Source: Candidatus Omnitrophota bacterium
GTDB lineage: Bacteria; Omnitrophota; Gorgyraeia; Zapsychrales; Zapsychraceae
Direction: 5' to 3'
NCBI GenBank assembly: GCA_003528115.1
Contig: DOGZ01000017.1
Coordinates: 8,795 to 72,794 of the forward strand
DNA: 64,000 nt
The position numbers were made by a program, and so were the translations under genes. This document shows, in pieces, positions 59,317-64,000 of the stretch. Under the pieces are notes generated by a model. That model was not told where the DNA came from and ran no database searches. It saw nothing but the letters and a program-made list of their open reading frames with translations. Position 1 is the stretch's first letter, and every line of letters begins with the position of its first letter.

Positions 59317-60711
59317 ATGATGAAGACTAAAACACTTTTTGTTTGTCAAAATTGCGGGTTCCAATCTCCACGATGGTTGGGGCGATGCGCGGGTTGTGAC
59401 AGTTGGAATTCTTTTGTGGAGGAAAATATCATGTCTTCCACGGCGTCCAAACAGAATCGGCCGGCCATCCAGGAGGAACCGGTTTTGCTGACTAAGGTTG
59501 TCACAGACCGGGAGTCCCGTTGTACGACGGATATTCAAGAATTAGACCGTGTCCTGGGCGGGGGGATTGTTTCAGGATCCGTCATATTGATCGGCGGGGA
59601 TCCGGGGATTGGGAAATCGACGTTATCTTTGCAAATCGGTTGCGCTTTAAGCCGGAAAAGGCATAAAGTTCTTTACGTCAGCGGAGAGGAATCCGTCAAA
59701 CAGACCCGAATGAGGGCCGAGCGTTTGTTTAATAGTGAGACGTCCTTTAACGCCGCTCATTTGGATTCGCTCTATATCGTCAACCAAATTGATCTGACGG
59801 TGATCCTGGAATACATGAACAAAATGAAACCGGAGTTTGTCGTTATCGACTCGATCCAGGTTTTGTATAGTCAGGAGATTTCTTCCACCCCCGGAAGCGT
59901 GAGTCAGGTCCGAGAGTGTTCTGGAATTTTGACGCAAACGGCCAAGTCCATGGGGATTTCTCTGTTTATCATCGGGCATGTGACCAAAGACGGCACGCTG
60001 GCCGGTCCCCGTGTTCTGGAGCACATTGTGGACACGGTTTTATATTTTGAAGGCGAACGGTATTCCACGTACCGGATTTTACGGGCGACAAAAAATCGCT
60101 TTGGTTCGACCAACGAGATCGGCGTCTTTGAGATGACGCAGGCGGGGTTGCAAGAGGTTTTGAATCCCTCCGAAATATTTTTGTCTGAACGTCCGAAAAA
60201 CGCCGCGGGGTCCGTTGTGGTTCCCATCATGGAGGGGACAAGGCCTTTTTTGGTAGAGATTCAAGGACTTGTGAGCCGGTCGAGTTTTGGGATGGTCCGG
60301 CAAAAGGCCCAAGGGTTTGACGCCAACAGGCTGGCATTATTGATTGCCGTCCTGGAGAAGAGGCTGGGGTTGAATTTGCAGGACAAGGATGTTTTTCTGA
60401 ATGTGGTCGGCGGTGTGAAGGTGATGGACCCGGCGGCGGATCTGTCTGTTGTCATGGCGATTGCCTCGGGTTTGTTGGATAAACCGGTTAGTTTTGATAC
60501 CGTTGTGTTAGGAGAGGTAGGCCTTTCCTCGGAGGTGCGAAGTGTGAGCCAATTGGCCGCCCGCATCAATGAGGCGGATAAACTCGGTTTTAAGCGATGC
60601 GTGATGCCCAAGAATAATTTAAAGACAAGGTTGGAATTAAAAGGCAAGCAAATCGATCTTATTCCTGTTGAAACCGTGAAAGAAGCTTTAGACGCGTTGT
60701 GCCGAAATTGA
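59317..60711 (+). CDS. radA: DNA repair protein RadA/Sms
   Basis: CQNC...CAGC zinc finger, GDPGIGKS, KNRFG, Lon-like C-terminal domain. Confidence 0.97.
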   Translation: MMKTKTLFVCQNCGFQSPRWLGRCAGCDSWNSFVEENIMSSTASKQNRPAIQEEPVLLTKVVTDRESRCTTDIQELDRVLGGGIVSGSVILIGGDPGIGKSTLSLQIGCALSRKRHKVLYVSGEESVKQTRMRAERLFNSETSFNAAHLDSLYIVNQIDLTVILEYMNKMKPEFVVIDSIQVLYSQEISSTPGSVSQVRECSGILTQTAKSMGISLFIIGHVTKDGTLAGPRVLEHIVDTVLYFEGERYSTYRILRATKNRFGSTNEIGVFEMTQAGLQEVLNPSEIFLSERPKNAAGSVVVPIMEGTRPFLVEIQGLVSRSSFGMVRQKAQGFDANRLALLIAVLEKRLGLNLQDKDVFLNVVGGVKVMDPAADLSVVMAIASGLLDKPVSFDTVVLGEVGLSSEVRSVSQLAARINEADKLGFKRCVMPKNNLKTRLELKGKQIDLIPVETVKEALDALCRN

Positions 60712-60804
60712 GAGCCGACGGGGAATTCTTAAAATTTCCTTTCCCCGGGGGTATCGTTACCGAAAGACGGCCAATATTAAATTCGTCAGCGAGGAGACCG
60801 TGGT

Positions 60805-61785
60805 ATGACATTATTATTCATCCGATGTTTTTTTGTTATCATCAGCGTTTTTGTGGGGTATTACGTAGGGAGTATGAGTGGGCTTGTGCTTCCGGGCGCG
60901 GGGATAGGATTGATGAGCGGTCTTGTATTGATTTTTCTGGAAAGCCGGCTTCAGCGGGTCTCTGTGCGCGGGCTCTCGAGCATGGTCTTCGGTCTGCTGC
61001 TGGGTGTCTTTATGGCCAAGATGCTTTCGGATATTTTGTTTTTGCTCCCGTTGGGGGAATTTCTCCATTCGATTCTCAGGGTGGTCCTGACCATCGTGTT
61101 TTCTTATTTGGGCGCCGTGATGGCTGTACGGGGAAAAGATGAATTCAATATTATTATTCCGTATGTCCGCTTCAGACGGCAGGATATTAAGGAGGGCGTC
61201 GTCCTCTTGGACACCAGTGTCATTATCGACGGACGGATTAACGATATTTATAAAGTGAATTTTTTGCCGGGCCGTTTGGTCGTCCCCAGGTTTGTTTTAG
61301 AGGAATTGCAGAAAATGGCTGATGCGTCGGACGATCTCCGGCGTCAGCGCGGCCGGCGGGGATTGGAGTTGTTGCGGACCATGCAAAATGATCCCAAGAT
61401 GGACATTCACATTCATGAAGATGACCTGACGGACGAGCAGGAGGTCGACGCCAAATTGGTGAGACTGGCTAAATTGATGGATGCCCGGATTTGCACGATC
61501 GATTTTAATCTGGGACGGCGGGCCGCCTTACAGGGGATTGATATTTTGAATATTCATGAGCTTGTCAATGCCGTTAAGTCCGTGACATTTATGGGAGATA
61601 CCTTTGAGGTTAAACTCATCAAAGAAGGCAAAGAAGCTCATCAGGCCGTCGGATATATGGAAGACGGGACCATGATTGTGGTTACGGAGGCGCGGCATTG
61701 TATCGGGCAGCAGGTCAAGGTTAAGGTGACCTCTGTGCTGCAGACACAGGCTGGGAAAATGATTTTTGGTGAATTATTAAAGTGA
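60805..61785 (+). CDS. Membrane PIN/TRAM-domain protein (YacL-like)
   Basis: N-terminal TMs, LDTSVIIDGRI, RGRRGL, VDAKL, GKE..Q.VGY..DGTMIVV, LQT.AGKMIF. Confidence 0.93.
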   Translation: MTLLFIRCFFVIISVFVGYYVGSMSGLVLPGAGIGLMSGLVLIFLESRLQRVSVRGLSSMVFGLLLGVFMAKMLSDILFLLPLGEFLHSILRVVLTIVFSYLGAVMAVRGKDEFNIIIPYVRFRRQDIKEGVVLLDTSVIIDGRINDIYKVNFLPGRLVVPRFVLEELQKMADASDDLRRQRGRRGLELLRTMQNDPKMDIHIHEDDLTDEQEVDAKLVRLAKLMDARICTIDFNLGRRAALQGIDILNIHELVNAVKSVTFMGDTFEVKLIKEGKEAHQAVGYMEDGTMIVVTEARHCIGQQVKVKVTSVLQTQAGKMIFGELLK

Positions 61786-62486
61786 TGAAGCTGCCCGTTT
61801 TGAAAACACAGGCCATCATGCCTGCGGCGGGTTTGGGGACACGGTTACAGGCTGCTGTTCCAAAACCGTTCGTCCTCCTGGACGGGGAGCCTATTTTTAT
61901 TCATACCTTAAAGGTCTTGGCGGAGTGTCCTGGAATAGAGAGCATTGTGGTGGTTGCCCCGCCGGATCATTTAAGCCGGTTTGAGGAAACGATTCAGCGA
62001 TGCCATTTTCAGAAGACCGTCAAAGTTGTCGGTGGAGGGGCGACCCGGACAGAATCTGTTTTTAATGGTCTTGCGGCGGTGGATGCGGATACGGAAATGG
62101 TCGTTATTCATGATGGGGCCAGGCCTCTCATCAAATTGTCTGTGATTGAAGAGGCGGTCAAATTGTGCAGGGAGTCTGGGGCGGTGGTCGTGGCCGTGCC
62201 TGTGAAACCGACGATTAAAAAAGTTCATCCGGCTTCCTTGCTCGTTGAGGAAACGCTCAACAGAGAAGAACTGTGGGAGGCGCAAACACCGCAGGTTTTT
62301 AAGAAAGAAATTCTCATGAAGGCTTATGAAGAGCATGGAGAAGATCCGGCAACGGATGATGCCGGCCTGGTGGAACGCCTGGGGAGGGAAGTGAAGATTT
62401 TACGGGGGGATTATGATAACATTAAAATTACGACGCAAGAGGATCTGCTGATCGCCGAAGTCCTTTTGAAGGCCAGGCGCGGTTAA
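61782..62486 (+). CDS. ispD: MEP cytidylyltransferase
   Basis: PAAGLGTR, GGATR, HDGARP, QTPQ, TDDA, KITT. Confidence 0.96.
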   Translation: MMKLPVLKTQAIMPAAGLGTRLQAAVPKPFVLLDGEPIFIHTLKVLAECPGIESIVVVAPPDHLSRFEETIQRCHFQKTVKVVGGGATRTESVFNGLAAVDADTEMVVIHDGARPLIKLSVIEEAVKLCRESGAVVVAVPVKPTIKKVHPASLLVEETLNREELWEAQTPQVFKKEILMKAYEEHGEDPATDDAGLVERLGREVKILRGDYDNIKITTQEDLLIAEVLLKARRG

Positions 62487-62543
62487 AAAGCGGGAGTTTG
62501 AATTTAACGGAATTTGAATCTTTTTAAAGGAATGGTGACGCAG

Positions 62544-63023
62544 ATGCGGCAGAGAATCGGTTTAGGGTATGATATTCATCGGTTGGTGGAGGGGCGTAAG
62601 CTCATTTTAGGGGGCGTTGAAATTCCTTACACCAAAGGCCTTCTTGGTCATTCCGACGCTGATGTGCTGCTTCACGCGGTCTGCGACGCGCTTTTGGGGG
62701 CCATAGGCAAGGGCGATATCGGAGAGCATTTTCCTGATACGGATGAAAAATATCGCGGGATCTCCAGCATGCTTTTACTTGAGAAAGTTTATAAACTGGT
62801 CGAACAAGAGGGATATGTGGTGTCCAATGTCGACGCCCTCATCCAGGCCGAGGAGCCTCAATTAAAGGACTATAAAGAGCAAATGAAATTTCATATCGCC
62901 TATAAATTGGCCATTGACGAGGACGCGGTTAACATTAAAGCCACCACGTTAGAGGGGCTCGGGGCCATCGGCCGTAAAGAGGGGATCGCCGCTTTCGCGA
63001 CGGTGTTGTTGGTTAAACAATAA
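62544..63023 (+). CDS. ispF: MECDP synthase
   Basis: RIGLGYDIH, GHSDADV, DIGEHF, NIKATT. Confidence 0.96.
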   Translation: MRQRIGLGYDIHRLVEGRKLILGGVEIPYTKGLLGHSDADVLLHAVCDALLGAIGKGDIGEHFPDTDEKYRGISSMLLLEKVYKLVEQEGYVVSNVDALIQAEEPQLKDYKEQMKFHIAYKLAIDEDAVNIKATTLEGLGAIGRKEGIAAFATVLLVKQ

Positions 63024-63067
63024 GATTCAATGGGTAACGCGTAAACGTTCCAGGGGACGAATTCATT

Positions 63068-63745
63068 ATGATACTCATTCTTTTTTTAACGTTTATTGGG
63101 CTTGTGGGATTAATGGCCCTGATTTTCTCCGAGGAGATCAAAGCCACCAAAGAAAAAGATCCGGCGGCTAAAGGGCATGTCCAGATTATTTTTTTATACT
63201 CTGGTCTGCACGCGATCATGATCCATCGGCTGACGCATGGTTTATGGCAATGGAAGCTTTTATTCTTGGCCCGATGGTTGTCTCAGGTGGGACGTTTTCT
63301 CACAGGAATCGAGATTCATCCCGGGGCGCAGATCGGCCAGGGGCTTTTTATTGATCATGGGATGGGGGTCGTGATCGGCGAGACCGCGATTGTCGGTAAT
63401 AATGTCACGTTGTTTCAAGGAGTGACCCTGGGGGGGACCGGTAAAGAGACAGGCAAGCGTCATCCGACTTTGGGCGACAATGTCGTCGTAGGCGCCGGAG
63501 CCAAGGTGCTGGGGAATATTCATATCGGCGCGAATTCCTATATTGGGGCTAATGCGGTTGTCCTTAAGGATGTTCCGCCTAATTCAACCGTTGTCGGTGT
63601 GCCGGGGCATATTACCAAACAGGAAGGTAAGAAAATTGATTTAATGATGGATCACGCGCATGTCTCTGACCCCATGATGCAGCATATGAAAGATTTGATC
63701 CGAAGAATCAAGACCCTCGAAGACAAATTGAAGGAAAAAGAATAA
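63068..63745 (+). CDS. cysE: Serine O-acetyltransferase with hydrophobic N-terminal extension
   Basis: [30 protein letters not shown]...RHPT, VGVP. Confidence 0.93.
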   Translation: MILILFLTFIGLVGLMALIFSEEIKATKEKDPAAKGHVQIIFLYSGLHAIMIHRLTHGLWQWKLLFLARWLSQVGRFLTGIEIHPGAQIGQGLFIDHGMGVVIGETAIVGNNVTLFQGVTLGGTGKETGKRHPTLGDNVVVGAGAKVLGNIHIGANSYIGANAVVLKDVPPNSTVVGVPGHITKQEGKKIDLMMDHAHVSDPMMQHMKDLIRRIKTLEDKLKEKE

Positions 63746-63764
63746 GGACATCCGACCTTGGTTT

Positions 63765-63863
63765 CTAGTGCGCCGTCAAATTAATTGTTAATAGCTACTT
63801 TCAGAAAAGACGCAGTGTTGTACTGTGTTCCACATATTAACTATTAAGTTGACACAGTACTAG
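63765..63863. mobile_element. Putative MITE: 91-bp core with about 25-bp imperfect terminal inverted repeats, flanked by CTAG
   Basis: Left CTAG-TGCGCCGTCAAATTAATTGTTAATA; right end read on the minus strand CTAG-TACTGTGTCAACTTAATAGTTAATA; no ORF. Confidence 0.55.
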
Positions 63864-63918
63864 AAGGATATGATTTCATTCGCGATATTAAATAGAAGAT
63901 TCTATCAAAGAATATTCC

Positions 63919-64000
63919 ATGGCTATCCGCATATATAATTCTCTGACTAAAAAGAAAGAGGACTTCGTGCCGTTGGAAGAAAAGGTCGTCAGGATGTATA
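63919..64000 (+). CDS. cysS: Cysteine-tRNA ligase, N-terminus (runs off the window)
   Basis: MAIRIYNSLTKKKEDFVPLEEKVVRMY; follows cysE. Confidence 0.9.
   Translation, partial: MAIRIYNSLTKKKEDFVPLEEKVVRMY

Noticed and set aside
754-63523. The many 60-215-aa overlapping or antisense ORFs in the track (e.g. 12831-13478, 16981-17439, 51190-51702, 60699-61142)
   Set aside because: They are shadows of well-supported genes, with no recognisable motifs.
63746-63918. T-box riboswitch before cysS
   Set aside because: No T-box consensus (GGTGGNACCGCG) or stem I motifs; the region is better explained by the inverted-repeat element.
1-64000. CRISPR array, prophage, integrase, transposase, rRNA or recognisable defence system
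   Set aside because: No regularly spaced 23-47-bp repeats and no ORF with such motifs were seen; almost all long ORFs are explained by other families.

Overview
Gene-dense chromosomal window from a diderm (LPS-making) bacterium. The combination of an lpxC-fabZ fusion, lpxI, zinc-ribbon SpoVG, short GlmU, mcsA-mcsB-clpC and TMTC/GT-C membrane proteins suggests the PVC superphylum, plausibly Ca. Omnitrophota (inference only). Layout: (i) 1-265, the 3' end of greA. (ii) 291-9494, a divergent glycosylation locus: a minus-strand run with two paralogous [small anchored protein + GT-C-like membrane protein] modules around a YfhO-like protein and a TPR protein, facing a plus-strand oxidoreductase / N-acetyltransferase / DPM1-like GT2 operon. 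(iii) 9.5-29.7 kb, mixed plus-strand genes: two SpoU methylases, HD protein, M48 protease, PAS hybrid kinase + Hpt, TMTC-like protein, ferritin, GH5, ABC-F + Smr, EndoIII-like, rmuC, pgeF, cutA. (iv) A minus-strand SurA/PpiD-like gene. (v) 31.6-64 kb, a housekeeping run: hisG, bS22-like, ispE-spoVG-tRNA-Gln-glmU-prs-rplY-pth-rpsF-ssb-rpsR-rplI-dnaB-bamA-skp-lpxD-lpxC/fabZ-lpxA-lpxI-lysS-lolC/E-lolD-ilvE-mcsA-mcsB-clpC-orf-radA-yacL-ispD-ispF-cysE-cysS. I saw no CRISPR array, prophage or transposase. Best novelty candidates: the duplicated GT-C/partner glycosylation system, a ~200-nt structured RNA with a terminator between lpxA and lpxI, a miniature TamB-like protein, a coupled ABC-F/Smr pair, and several repeat or palindromic elements, some inserted in frame in genes. 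All calls come from reading motifs by eye; no database search or folding program was run. Where a downstream start codon fitted better than the ORF track, I used it.
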